NCBI GenBank assembly: GCA_040954595.2
Contig: CM082590.2
Coordinates: 9,884,088 to 9,948,087, forward strand
Direction: 5' to 3'
DNA from: Balanoglossus misakiensis
Lineage: Eukaryota; Animalia; Hemichordata
Length of the DNA stretch: 64,000 bases
Below are positions 1-12,893 of this stretch, piece after piece. Position 1 is the stretch's first letter, and the number at the start of each line of letters is the position of its first letter. Below the pieces are notes generated by a model, which was given only the letters and a program-made list of their open reading frames with translations, was not told the DNA's origin and did not search any database. Position numbers and translations under genes: made by a program.

Positions 1-1837
1 AATTATTTGAAATGGATGCTGGATTAAAATTCAACGACCTTCTCACAATTAGACACGGGTCACGTCAATAGTCCTTCGCATTTGGGCAGGGAGGGGGGAT
101 AACTCCTAAAAATTATTCGAAGTGGGTGCATGAGTGTGGCTGGTCCCTAAATTGAGATACAATAATTAGGGCATATACACGCGAGGACAGCGTGTCAGAA
201 ATGACCGATGGCTGATATTGATCGACGGGCTCTCACTTCAATAGGCATTGTCGGAAGAAGTGGGGGATTTGACGAAGAGTGGCAGAAGAGATAGAACGCT
301 CGCTGCTCACAAAACGCCCGCGGAATATTAACGAATTTCCCGAAGAAAGCGCTGTCGTTCTCCTGGCATCATTCCGCCATTTTGATGGATGAATATGGCG
401 TCGACCTTTGACCCGGTAGACAAACCCCCTGATCTTCTGCAGGCCGGGTGAAAGAAAAAGTTTTTGACAATTCTTTGGTCATTGTTTAGTTTACCAAACT
501 CGCTACCCCTTTCACCCTGAACGAATTAGTCATTTCGCGCCTTCAATGCCTGAAATGTTGCATTTTCCGCTTGGACTCATTTGGCAACTTGCCAAAATTG
601 GCTTTACGATACGACGGCCTGACTTACAAACGCAAGAATCCTCGCTGTAACTTGAACCACTTTCGATTTCAAAGAAGAAAATTTAAGTAGTTGTGACAGG
701 GGAAAACATCTTTGTATTCAAAAAAGTTCAAAGTTTACCCAACAAAGTTTACTGAACCTTTGAACACTTGGAAACCGAACCGAGCTTCATATTCAGCGTT
801 TGAGTGTCATTTGCGCGTAAAAGCAATTGTTTGCGTACATAAACCACCAATATTAGGGTTTACAATATCGGTAGGTCTATTTCAGATGAGAAAATGGAAT
901 ATTGCAAAGATAATCACGGTTAAATACAGTTAGGCCCTATATCTTGCTAAACAGCGGGGAGCTTGAATGCAGTGTTTGTAGCTGTTCGTCGATTTTTTTT
1001 TTCGTTTTATTTTTTTTAATTTTCGCACATAATCTATAACACCATCACGTCCCACGACACAACCTCCCTCCGGCCAAAACGTGTCGCTTTCTCGCTTCCT
1101 AGCTTTAGTATACACGATAAGTAAGCGAAAAAAGAACAAAAGTATATAGCCTACTCCAAATTTGACCGATTCTAAGAATTTCACACGGTGTCTGGATTGA
1201 TTGCTCCATACGCATTTGCGAGAGCACTTTCGCGGGGAAAGTTTACAAAAATTGCTTATTTTTCCAACGTTGTGATAAAAGCTGGTCGCATGACTGACGA
1301 AGACAAGTGAATGTTGAACGCATGGGTAAACCACAGTGCCATCCCTTGTACGAGAGTTGAACTGACACATTCCCGCGCGAATCAAGATTTATCGCCGCTT
1401 GTCAATAATTTATCGCCTTCTCCCCCTGCAACTCTGGGATTCAAGATCGTCCAAAGTCGATACATTCCTGAAATCGAGTCACCGTGAAAAGCTGTACGAA
1501 CTACAGCCCTTAGTTTCACTTCATCTTACACAGTCTTTTTACCCTCGGGAAAGCACTCATGGAAAAAGGAACAATCCCATTAAAATTCCTACTAATTACA
1601 CTAATAATCTGCGGATAATCTTTGGATCCCGGCAGACGTGTGTCTACAAGAATGAATCCATCACACCGATCATGGCGGTGGGCATTCGATCGCATCAAAA
1701 TATTGGCGCCTGTCAACGTGCATGTGATGACGTATAATGGCAATTTTAACCCCCCCCCCCCCTCCGTAAGGTCGAACTGAGGCTGCGCGCGGATATCATG
1801 GGCCCTAAACCACACAGGCACGAAGTGTAACTGCTAC

Positions 1838-1925
1838 AATGTACATCATTGCAAACAATGTGGTTGTTACTTTGTATTACATTGTACATCACCACAAACA
1901 ATGCATCGTTACTTTTTATCACATT
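1838..1925. repeat. ~43-bp tandem duplication
   Basis: tgtacatca...caaacaatg...gttacttt.tat.acatt occurs twice. Confidence 0.7.
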
Positions 1926-2074
1926 TCCAAGTTTCTTTTATATTGTTCGACAGCGTTTTCTCCGAACAATGCGGACGATGTGTTTATAAACAGAAAAGTT
2001 GTACATGCGCAGTTAAGACGACCCTACCTCTTGAATCTCGCCTTACGAAACTGGAAAGCTAAGACTAATTTTGG

Positions 2075-2225
2075 AATTTACATATGTCCATATATGGTTA
2101 AAACGCGTGTATATGCCCTCTAATGACCACGTGGCGGCGCACTGTTTTCGCGTATCCACCAAAGTAAACATTTTTGATTGGTTAATCTCCACGGAGAGTT
2201 TCCAAGGTAACGTTATGTGGTTAAA
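2075..2225 (-). repeat. Dispersed ~150-bp repeat, copy 1
   Basis: Reverse complement aligns with 50137-50293 (ccaatca...acgcgaaaa..gtgcgcc.cca..tggtcattaga...cgtttt.a.catatatgg.catatgtaaatt). Confidence 0.75.
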
Positions 2226-2667
2226 TATTTGACCGTATGCATGTACTTTGTTGCCTCTAAACATATTTCAATATGCCCAGAAATTCTGAGAATCCCCCTA
2301 TTAAAACAGTTAACATTAACAGTGTTATATGAGCATCCTCTTCTACTAAGACAAAATAAACAGACCAATTAGGCAGTTTTGTTATACCTTGTCATAAAAA
2401 AACATGGAGTGTGTAGTTACAGTGGACGACATTGCTCCATGCCTTTCGGCAAAAAAAAGTTTCGCGATTGCTAAACTTTTTGATGTCACGTGACATGCCT
2501 GTCACCAGTACCAGATCGTGTACAGCGCCACGTACTGGAGATTCCATGTTTCTGAAGTTGGATTTTACTGTCGTTACTCATCGTATTGTGCTGTTTTCTA
2601 AGGAGAGCACACGACAATTACAATCACAGGATCACCAAACGACACCCCCTCCTTAAATGTGCACCTT

Positions 2668-2769
2668 TTTATTGTCATTACACATAAGCTTACATGGGTG
2701 GCCTAATTTTATAGTACAACATCACACACATATCCCAAAGCCGTCAGTTTTCGACAAATAAACTTTAAT
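2668..2769 (-). terminator. Candidate Hox3 polyadenylation signals
   Basis: ATTAAA (2769-2764) and AATAAA (2673-2668) on the minus strand, 590-690 nt after the stop. Confidence 0.45.
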
Positions 2770-3005
2770 CACTGTACCGAACAATCACAACTTCACAAAC
2801 AAATAAAATGGAACAAACTCTGCCTACACTAAACGAAAGCACTGCCAGAAGTAGACACTCGCTGCATAAATTCCACCATATCTTGAAAAATGTCAAGCAA
2901 GCTATCAAATTACTAAAACTGTGATTGTCAAAATGAAGTCTTTAAAGGGACCAAAAGGTTCCAGCTATGTCGGTGTAGATCATGTTATTAGAAAAAGTTT
3001 TCGAA

Positions 3006-3014
3006 TACCCTGTA
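3006..3014 (-). promoter_or_regulatory. miR-10 8mer target site in Hox3 3' UTR
   Basis: Plus-strand TACCCTGTA = mRNA UACAGGGUA, complementary to miR-10 nt 1-9. Confidence 0.65.
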
Positions 3015-3358
3015 TTATATTGGTATCATTGATTTTTTCTTCCACATTTCACTGACGTCACTGTCCACTTTCCAAATGCGGATTCCGCACGATGCACTTC
3101 TCGTCCACTCACTGGAACATATGTTCCGGAAATGAACTATTGGCGCCAGATACGCCCGAGAAGTGATCGTCTGCTCATCAGCTGGACTAAAAATTTGATG
3201 TTTCCTTTTTGTGAGCTGTACTTTCGCTGCGGAGACGCAGGGGTTATGAGGTAGACCAGTTTACTAGTCCTTCAAAAATGGGTTTCAAAAGAACACCAGT
3301 TTAGAAAATTTCTTGATATTTGGGGGAAAAGTTTGCACTTTTTTGTCGCAAAACCGAT

Positions 3359-3855
3359 TCACAGTTGTGTGAGGTCTAGTCCAGTCTGCCGCTGCTCATT
3401 ATTTCTGAACCTTACGTCCTCTGTATTATTTCCATAGCAACCCTGAGACTTGTCGTGGTAACAGTAATTTGGGGGTATTTGTACGCTGTGGTCTTGAGCA
3501 TGCGCTGTCTCAACTTGCTCAGGCAAGCTTTGGTCTCTGACGTCATCTTTTGGATATTTTGTGGAACTTTCCATGTCATCGTACTTGTACAATTTTTCCG
3601 ACAGTCCTCGTTCCCGAACTTCTTTCTTGAACTTCATTCGCCGATTCTGAAACCACACCTTTACCTGTCGTTCAGTGAGATTTAGAATGACCGACAGTTC
3701 CTCACGGCGGGATTTTTGCAAGTATCTGTTGAATCGAAATTCTTTTTCCAGTTCAACCAGCTGGGCTGTGCTAAAGTTTGACCTCATTCTCTTCGGATTC
3801 TGACCTGTTGTTTTATTGGGACTGTGAGACGTTCCTTTCTGTGGAAACCCCTGTC
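3359..3855 (-). CDS. Hox3: Hox3 (paralogy group 3) exon 2, homeodomain
   Basis: Acceptor ttttattcttAG (AG at 3857-3856) opens a frame [80 protein letters not shown]...[15 protein letters not shown] and LNLTERQ are PG3-type, and the position 3' of Hox4 fits. Confidence 0.88.
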
Positions 3856-6022
3856 CTAAGAATAAAACAAAAGAAAGGTCAGTTCAATGTCATCAACAGT
3901 TCAAGTTCAAAGAAGACTGCGCATGTTCTCATAAAAGCTCAGTCACAATAGCACTTCCCGAAATGCTGTTCTTTGTCGTCACACATTTGTATTGCCTGAT
4001 TGAATGCCGCCAGTGTTAGAGAAAATTGTAAATTCGTGTTTTAAAACGCCAATATGGTGTGTTATTATATGCCCCGGGGCAAAGCTACAGCCATAAGTGC
4101 TTTAGTTAAGTGGATGGCAAATGAAGCCATTAGCGACCGATAATATTTGGGAATATTTCAACATGAAAAGTTACTGATATTGTTCCACATGTTGCCGGTA
4201 AAATTACCTTACATGTCACGTGTATTTTGCTGCTGTCGTGCAACGCTTGACACTACTTTTTTTGCGCAGACTACACTTTGGAGTGAAACACCTAAAGCGA
4301 CAGGAATTTTTGAAGTGTTACTGACGATGAACGACAAGTTTGCGCCAAAAGAAAGTGTAAATTTCACCAAAGCTGCAAAAATGAAAATGCCAAACAGTCT
4401 GTCGAAGTGTTTCTCTCTTTAATACCAGATTGGCGCCATGTCAATCATTTTGTTTTGTTCAAGAATATCAACATGAACTTTTTTGCGACTTGCTGTTTGA
4501 AACAGGTTGTGGAAAAAACAACTCTGAGGTGTTTACGACACTAAGGGAGACATAAATGACTAAAATGTAACAACTGATGGAAACAGTTGGCGCCGAGCCG
4601 ATCGAAGCTTTTTGTAATTTCTGTTACATTGTAGTACAAATGTAGTTTAGTCTTTGCACCGGATGTACGGTGTGCCAGTTCTACATTGTCGTGATCTCTC
4701 TGAGCGTATACACGGCACGGCAATACTTTGCAAGAACTCTCGTCTGACCTAACTTGAGACCGAACGAAATCCTAGATTTCCGCTTACAGGGCCCATCTTG
4801 ACAGATCACAGGACACGCTCAAACTGTGACATACGACGTGTTTGTACAAATCCGGTTATAATGGACGCTACCCCTTGGGACACTTCATGCAAATTGTCGT
4901 ACGCTTTGGCAGTCATCTTTATTTTTGGCCAAAGATGCACTATTCTGTTCCATGAAAACAATGTGGTAAGGACATTTAGACACTTGTCGTCTGCTCAATT
5001 AGTGAGCGGCAACATGTGCATTATCTTGCGTATGATTTAAAAGTTATTGTTTGGTGCGGACAATCGGAAATGAGTTGTAGTAATTAACTTGGGGGTAAAG
5101 GTCATCTGAAGTCAGACTGAAACGACAATTGACACTGTTACTCAATAGTATAAACTAGTTTTCTTCCCCTAGATATAATTACAACTAACGGTAAAAACGC
5201 GAATAACAACTAAAATTCGCAACAGATTTAAATGCCTTCAACTCCGTGAAAAGTATGCAACTTCTGATTTTGCAAAATGACATGTAGTGACTGACAGAAC
5301 GACAGAGACGATTTTCTCTGAAGTTTAAACTGGGTGCGCTCTCAGATATTATTACACATCCGTGGAATTTATTCTGCTATGTGAGAATAAGAAGTTAAAG
5401 TAGGTCGCAGCCTTCTTTTGGGGTGGCTCCGGCTCTCGCGTTTCCCACTCAATGCAAACGACAATTAAGCGTGAGTGCAATCGTGGCACAACTGTGTGCG
5501 GTTACTGGGGAGACAGTTTCGACGACAACGGCGCACAGCCAGTACGCGCGCACTGTCGAGTTTGCGCACTAAAAAAGCCACGCGATACGCAATTCCTATC
5601 CACGACAAATATTTCTTACTTTCCTTGATTTTCAGCTGACCAAAGCCACAGTCAGCATCCATTTCTTTTGTTCCCAAACCTTGCACTTAAATATGTACAC
5701 AGAAACATTAAGCGAACAATTGAGAGCAATCTCGCATTGATGGCGAGAACAGTGGACGTATTATTGATCTGACGACACGAATCTTGCCTGTCGCTGATCA
5801 AAAAGCCCCGCTTCGAATTTTGGGGCAAGAACGTCACATCATCTTTGTCCAAAACAAAACCAGCACATGTCACAGTCAAACATACTTTCTGAGCTCTTCA
5901 TTTACGCTGAGACCCAGTTTTCAGACCGGAAATTAAGATTTCGTCTCAATTGTTCGCAAAATGCTAAAAAGTATTAATATGGTTTGTTTTGATGAATTTA
6001 TATATTATGTATAAATACATAC
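3856..6022 (-). other. Hox3 intron (2167 bp, GT-AG, phase 1)
   Basis: Canonical splice sites between hexapeptide and homeodomain; frame preserved. Confidence 0.85.
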
Positions 6023-6374
6023 CTTGACTGCCTTTAGGATTGTAGTTGTGTTTATTCTCGGTCATCCACGCGTATATTGGATAGTTCGGAGTTGATCTGT
6101 CGGTTGTCGTTGTTTTCGCGAAGCTCTGGAAAGGACCGTCATCAGCCGGTGGTGCTGTTGCCCTCGCGGAATCCGACGCGTAGACACCGCCATTGCCAAG
6201 TGCAGCAGCCCCGGCGTTCAAGTCCGGGTCAACAACATCAAAACCGGGCCCGCTGGTGCAGTAGTAGACATTATTGGTTGTGGGAGTCTCGCTTTCTGTT
6301 CGGAATCGGTAATCCCCGTAGACCTGGCCATTCTCGTAGCCTCCCGTCTGCATTTTTAACACCGAGCTCTCCAT
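6023..6374 (-). CDS. Hox3: Hox3 exon 1 (alternative start at second ATG, 6353)
   Basis: MESSVLK-MQTGGYENGQVYGDY resembles the PG3 N-terminus MQKATYYD..IYGGY. Hexapeptide-like IYAWMTENKHN. Donor CAAG|GTATGT is phase 1 and joins exon 2 in frame (352+497=849 nt). Confidence 0.85.
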
Positions 6375-6444
6375 ATATCTTCCCCCAGTCCCTGCTCAAT
6401 GCACAAATCTTGACATTGTCGCCGACTCCCACGATGACAAAGGT

Positions 6445-6468
6445 CACGTGATCGCCCTCCCTGCCAAT
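6445..6468 (-). promoter_or_regulatory. CCAAT-box (NF-Y) + E-box (USF-type) module just 5' of Hox3 CDS
   Basis: Minus strand ATTGG-N13-CACGTG, about 70 nt upstream of the ATG. Confidence 0.6.
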
Positions 6469-6999
6469 CAGCTGCCTTGTTGCAAGGCGGACTAGAAACC
6501 TCACAGTGAGAACAACGCTTCTCCATGTTTCGGCCACACGCCAGACCGACAACGGAATCTTCCGAAACCATTTTTTATCTTACAGGCAAAAACGACAACC
6601 AAGGAGAAGATGCACGGTCTTTTTTCTTCCTCCGAACATGAAAATGTAAGAGACTGGAGTATTTTTCGTCTGTTTTCTCGATCAATGGTCATTATACAGT
6701 CGTAGATTTAAAACATTCTCTCGGCATTGTCTTATTTCTCAACAAATAATTTGTGATGCAATTAAGCCTATATCACCTGGAAGAAAATTTATAACTTACT
6801 TCCATCGTCTTGTATTTTTTCTTAACAAAATTGAAAACGTGATTAGGTTTTGCTATTATGACTAAAAATTGGATCAATCATATCTCTCATGTCTGCCAAG
6901 TTCCGCTCGACTTGTCAATTAATTATCAATGTAGTCAACAAAGACAGATCTGACTTTATGGTCTATCTACAACATGTCAAGCTGTATATATTCTATAAA

Positions 7000-7245
7000 C
7001 TTTGAATTGTGCATTTTTACTGGTGTTATAAATGAATGTCGTTTGGTATAAACTTGACATAATTTGGCGCATTTTTTCCTGATGTTATACAATGATTGTC
7101 GTTTGGAAGAAATTTGACATAATTTTGTGCAAATTTCTGATGTAATAATAAGATGTAGTTTGCTACAAACTTGACACAAATTGCTCACTTTTCTAATGTC
7201 ATAAAATGGGTGTCGTTTGCTACAAACTTGACATAATGTAGCGCC
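7000..7245. repeat. Degenerate minisatellite, ~57-60 bp x4
   Basis: Landmark ttgaca at 7054, 7114, 7171, 7228, each preceded by tgt(c/a)gtttg. Confidence 0.85.
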
Positions 7246-10200
7246 CTTTTTTGTTTGATTGGTTAGTTGTAGTGAAATTACTGCCAACACAAGCGCTGTG
7301 GCAAAACACCGACGCAGTTTAGCCCCTCGGGATTCTCATAATTTTCTTGGCCACTTCGGGCCTTTCTCTGAGTTCCTTCGTCGACGATATCAGCAACCCA
7401 ACAGGGTTAATGACAGACAGATCTTTGGGGACTAATCGATCTAAACAGCTCGGCTATACAGAAATCGTTTTTCTTTTTGTAAACTGAACGCACTTAAATA
7501 CAGTACCGAATTTGAAAATACAAGAAAATACAACCCGGGATGCCAAACTCATTTCTCTTTGCAAGTAACAAACCTCTACGCCTGCTTTGAGTAAGAATTT
7601 TCAAGGCAATAATAGATGACACAAAATTCACATTAATGGCGGGCTGGTTTATAAAAGAATATTCGAAATAAATATGCATATGTTCAATTGTTCATATGTT
7701 TCAAAATTATATCACGACTTTCACGAAAATCGATCAACAATGACAAACTGGTGGAATAGCATTAGGAAATATGAAAACTTACTAAACTTATGTTCCAAGA
7801 TTTGCTTGTCTGTGTGTTATTTCTAAATAAATCTCATTACTTTTTTCCTAGCCATTGGAGTATGGGTTTCGATTCCTTTTGAATTAAGGGCCAGCTAAAA
7901 ATAGTTTTGAAAAATGTTCCAAAAGGGTTATATTTAGCATGATGCTATATTTAGCAAATTGTTTTAGAATAGCACAGGTTTTACCGGAACTGACAAACGA
8001 GGGATTTGATGCCTTGCTTGAAAAATCACCTTTTAAATTGATCTGATAAACACACAAGAATCACAAGCAGCAGTTTGGGTGAAACTCGACGAAAACAGCA
8101 AAATTAATCCTCTTCTCCCCCAAGGAACACAATCTAAAGAAACATATATACATTATCGTTCGGTCTCAGAAAGCGTGCTCCATTTTCTTGTACTAGATGT
8201 CGAAGGAAACAAATTGTTTCAGTGAAAGTATTTGGCAAAGGGAGAACGGGAATTAATCTCGTGTCGAATGGGAATTGAAGATTCAGATGGGCAAAAAGGA
8301 AATGTAATTTTGAAACAGCCATAACGCGGTTTGAATGAACAATGCAATGCCCCTAATTTACATCGAAATCGGTGATGCTATATTTGTGTGCAAGTTTGGA
8401 ATACGGCACGGTAGTTTATAAACTTATTCCTGTTAGTTTATGACTTAAAACAAAGATATACACTTTACCATCACAGGCAATCGTTCGTTACAACTGTCGA
8501 ACCATTTTGCAAAATCTGAGAATTCCAATTTTTGCATTGTGCATGCAAATTTTTTTTCGACCTTTTCTGCGCTCACTGTTACGAAATGACGAAAATCGTC
8601 GATGTTTTGAGCAGATTTGTACGGAAATTTTGGTGGGATATTTGTCGTCCTAATCGTTCCACCGTTTTGAAAAGAGAAAGTGCGGTGTACACCTAGAGGT
8701 ATAAGCGAAAGCTTCGTAATATTCTGGTGTCGAGAGTGACGACCGACCCGTAGGAGAAACTTTCGCTGCATTTCACAACAATACAAGTCATAAATCATTA
8801 CTTGGAAACCCCGACATGGCCTCGCTGCTGAAGCCATAAATCTATCAGTCTCAAATAAATTGAACTGCTTTTCCCATTCAAGCGCAGCACAGGCAAACCA
8901 AATTGCAAAAAATATGATGTTTTATCCCTCAGACCACATGGTACCTGCAGCTAGTGACATTGTATTCACTGTTTTAGGGAGTTTTTCATCAATTTGTGAA
9001 ATATGGCCTGAACTTTCTTTTAATAATGAATCGCCATGGAAGCAGTGAATTTCGAACAATGACTAAGTGCGCATGCAACGGGGGAGACTGTTTCACTCCG
9101 GCGTTCTGCCACTAGCATGTTCCCTGACACGACGGCCGAGCAACAAGTCGAAGGCCCCGCGCAGACGATATTGCCAAGCGCGCCAAAATCGACGTCATGG
9201 CCGAATCCCAAATCGACACCGGCAGTGACCAAAACCGCCCCCGACAACTTGACGTCAGCGCCTGGCAAAACTCACACCGATACTGAACGATCTGGCAGAG
9301 TATTCCAGGAGACCACAAATCAATCTCAATCCAAAGAAAATATTTCTCTGGGATTGGAGTGTAAATATTTTCACGCCGACCGTTAGAGCCATACGCACAG
9401 ATTAAAATCACCGATACCACAATTTCACGTCTGCGCAAAAATCCTCAAAACAATTTGAGCCACATTTGGATAAGACTCAACAGATAAACAGATAAGTTCC
9501 CACTAAAAGCAAAGATCTAACTGATATGGCGTTGGGGACGCCATCATATTTTGCGTTGAACTTCTGGCAGGTGCAATCGATGCAAAAATTGTCGTCTGCG
9601 TTTTGATGGCATGGAAATATCACTGTACCAAAAGAGGCTGGCAGTCTGGTTATAAAACTTGTGACCGCCATTCTACACTCAACGAACCTTCCAAGAATTA
9701 GTAACATTGTTGCATGTACATGTATCGATGTTTATCAGTCCACCAAAGCTCATCTGGCAGTTTCGAGTACAGATATTAAATTATATCCTCTCATTTAGGT
9801 TTTAAAAATTATATTATACATAAGAAAATGCCAAGAATGCTGTTCATCCAGTGTTGTATTACACCTCTGTGGTAAATTTTGAGTTTATGGGTATCTACGG
9901 GAATCGGACAATTTCAAGACCAGGGTTTGCTTTGTTTTTGGACTTACTTTTGCTATTGTCGGGTCAGATCTGCTGTCTTGCAGTCTAGAGTTGTGGGGGG
10001 ACTTGTTTATGTGCCACTATGGAGGAGGATTGTCGACTCTCCGAGTCAACAACGTTCAAATTTGATCGATGGCGACGGCGATCACTCATGGCAGAGGAGA
10101 GCCGAGTCGAGCGTCGACCCGAGTGTCCCGGATGACGACGATAAGTTTAGCGAAAGCCCGCCTTCCCTTTCCCGCGCGAACGACAAGAAACTCCCGCTCC

Positions 10201-12016
10201 GGCTCGCCACTAACAAACATGGCTCCATCTACCACGCGACGAGAAGTCACAACAGGAAAAACAACCAAATCCCCGTACTGAGAGTGTAGAAATTATTACT
10301 TTTAGATTTATTTGATTCAAATCAAAGTCGTTAATGAATGTTTGTCTTTTATATAACGCTCGGAATTGTCCTAATTCTCATTACTTATTTATGTCATCAA
10401 TGAGCGATTGCGTTTAATTTGCAGTCCGACTGATCGGCGCGAGAAAGAGTACCACCGCGATGGATGTGTTAGCCAGTACAAACTCTCAGTTACATTTTCC
10501 TATTTACGCCTATGCTTTCCCGGAAAAAAATATACGACCGAATTTTATTTCGGCATGTATATCAAAAATGTTTAAAAAATCCCTAATTTCATTATTGTTG
10601 TCATTTTTATGGGAGGAGAATGTGATGTTCAGAGAGCAAAAAGTGACTTCTTTGTGTTTTGGCTTGCCTTCGTTTTCTTTTGTTGTTACATGTTTGAGAT
10701 TCACAACTATGGTGACGATTTTTTTATACAAGCCTGACTGCAATATCGTTATGGTTAGGACTTAGGTTTTATTTGGCATTTTTGATTCATAGCCAGTAGA
10801 TGTCGACAGCCGCCAAAATTGATGGTGACCGCAACAAGGAACGCGCCTCTTGCGAACATGGAGATGTTAAAATCACGCTGAATATGAAGCTCCGAGGAGA
10901 AAATTTAGGGGGAAATGACAGGTCTTAGAACAAGGGGGGTCTGGTTCGTGGAAGGAGTTGAGATCTCCCGCGGAAAGAAGAACGAATAACTGAGACCGTT
11001 TCACGTCGCGCAGTCGTATCAAATATGACAGCCCACCGAGCAAGAAGTCTAACCAAGACGCGTTGAACAACGTCTATTGGCCAAGCTTCTTCTCGTCTCC
11101 TTGAGTTATGGCCGTTCATTCAGTCGGGGTTTCGGACATAAATTTCAACTGTCAAGCTGCCATAAAGGGGGGTTTTCGCTTCTCATCGAGCTACACAACC
11201 CCAGAATCCATTAAGAGACGTAAATTGCATACCTTGTGTTTTGTGAACCAGCCTCGTGGCTAGCCATCAATGAAACGTCCTGCAGGGGTGGCCGTAGATC
11301 CATTTTAATGTCAGGTGCATGTTTTCCAACCTCCAACGACGTACAGTTTCTCCCTTTCCATAAATAGCCCATTGCCAGTTACTTGAAGCTTTGCATGGCT
11401 CCCTGTAAGATAAAACAGTGATGAATCGAGTTACACATCTTGTTTGACAAATGGACTTCTGAGCCCGCTATACTACAAAAAACTAGTCTCTGATGGTTTC
11501 AAGATTTGCCACGACTTTGGCAATCTCGACAAACTCCGGTGCAGATTTTACGACTGTGGTAAAATAGAATTAACTCGGAGTCTAAAATCGATGCGATAGA
11601 AATCGTAAGCGAACTTAAATAATTCGATTTGAATAGTGTCATTTGACTACGAGGAAATATCGCAAAAACTTCCAAAGCGGGATTGATAGGAAGATAACTT
11701 TGCTCAGCGAAAAAGGCGGTCATGGATGTATGATATTGCAAAAATTATTATGTAATTGTCTTATTCAAAGTTACAGACTATTCGGTGACTTTTCTTATAT
11801 AACTGAGACAACCTCCCTACCAACCACTTCAGCGCCAATAAGCAGAAATTGCATATTTGGAAATAGTTGCAGTTATAGTCAGATTTTTGGGGTAAAGTTA
11901 CGGCAAAAAACAATACCATCTATTAGTTGCGACTAAAGTACAGTTGAATATCTCTAAACAGTTCGCGACATCAGTGATAAGATATACATGGCGGGATGAC
12001 TCCAGTAATGGCGGTG

Positions 12017-12030
12017 GGGTCAAGAGGTCA
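12017..12030 (+). promoter_or_regulatory. Nuclear-receptor DR2 element
   Basis: GGGTCA-AG-AGGTCA, both half-sites match RGKTCA. Confidence 0.35.
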
Positions 12031-12679
12031 CTTTGAACTGTATTTATCTGGACGAGACAGTGAAGCATTGCTTTTTTATCAGAACTTTCATCCTAGCCTC
12101 TGCAAAGATGCGAGACATATCTGGTCACTGTATCTCCAAAAAGGGATGCGCGATAATTTGGCGGGAGGAGAGAATGAGTCGTCGGTCTCTGTTATCGTTT
12201 GGAAAGTTTGGTTGAACTGCTGAGCCACCTAAGTTGGTCGGTGTCCTCTCTCAGTGCTTACGTTGCGGACACGATGTAACCAAACCCAAGGTGACCTCTG
12301 CGTTTAAGTTCAATGCGAAAACGTAACACCTGGCTGGAGGTTGTGAAACTTTGAAAGACCCTGTAATTATCGCCACCCCCGTGCAAGCGGCGGGCACATT
12401 GTATCTTCCAAAATCGTCAGTTTAGCATGACTTTGCGAACTGTCAAATGCCTAAACATAAGACAATAAACTTGCCGAAGCTTGACCTATTCTGTTGAGCA
12501 TCTCAAGGAGCAGTGAAGGACTATGCGGCCAGACAGCACAAATTGTCGTCTGACAGTAACTTTTCAACATTTTGAGGTCAGTAATTTCACAAAATGCCTG
12601 CAGAATTTTCTGTCCTAAACTGATCTAAAATCGTGCTGTACCAACTGCCGATGAAAATAGGTTCTTTGCTTATACGTAT

Positions 12680-12893
12680 TCTCTCTCTCCCCCTCCCATC
12701 TCTTTCTTTTTCTTTTTCTTTTCCCCTCTTTCTCCCTCTCTCCTATCTCTCAACATCTCGCACTCTTCTCTCTCTCAACCTCTCTCTCTCTCTCAATCCC
12801 CCCCTCTCTCTCTCTCTCTCTCACACCCTCTCTCACGCTCTCTCTCTCTCTTCTCTCTCTCAACCTCTTTCTTCTCTATCTCTCCATCCATAT
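12680..12893. repeat. Imperfect (CT)n polypyrimidine tract
   Basis: Seen directly. Confidence 0.9.

Noticed and set aside
9117-9386. Pro/Thr-rich 89-aa ORF
   Set aside because: Short, low-complexity and without splice or homology support.
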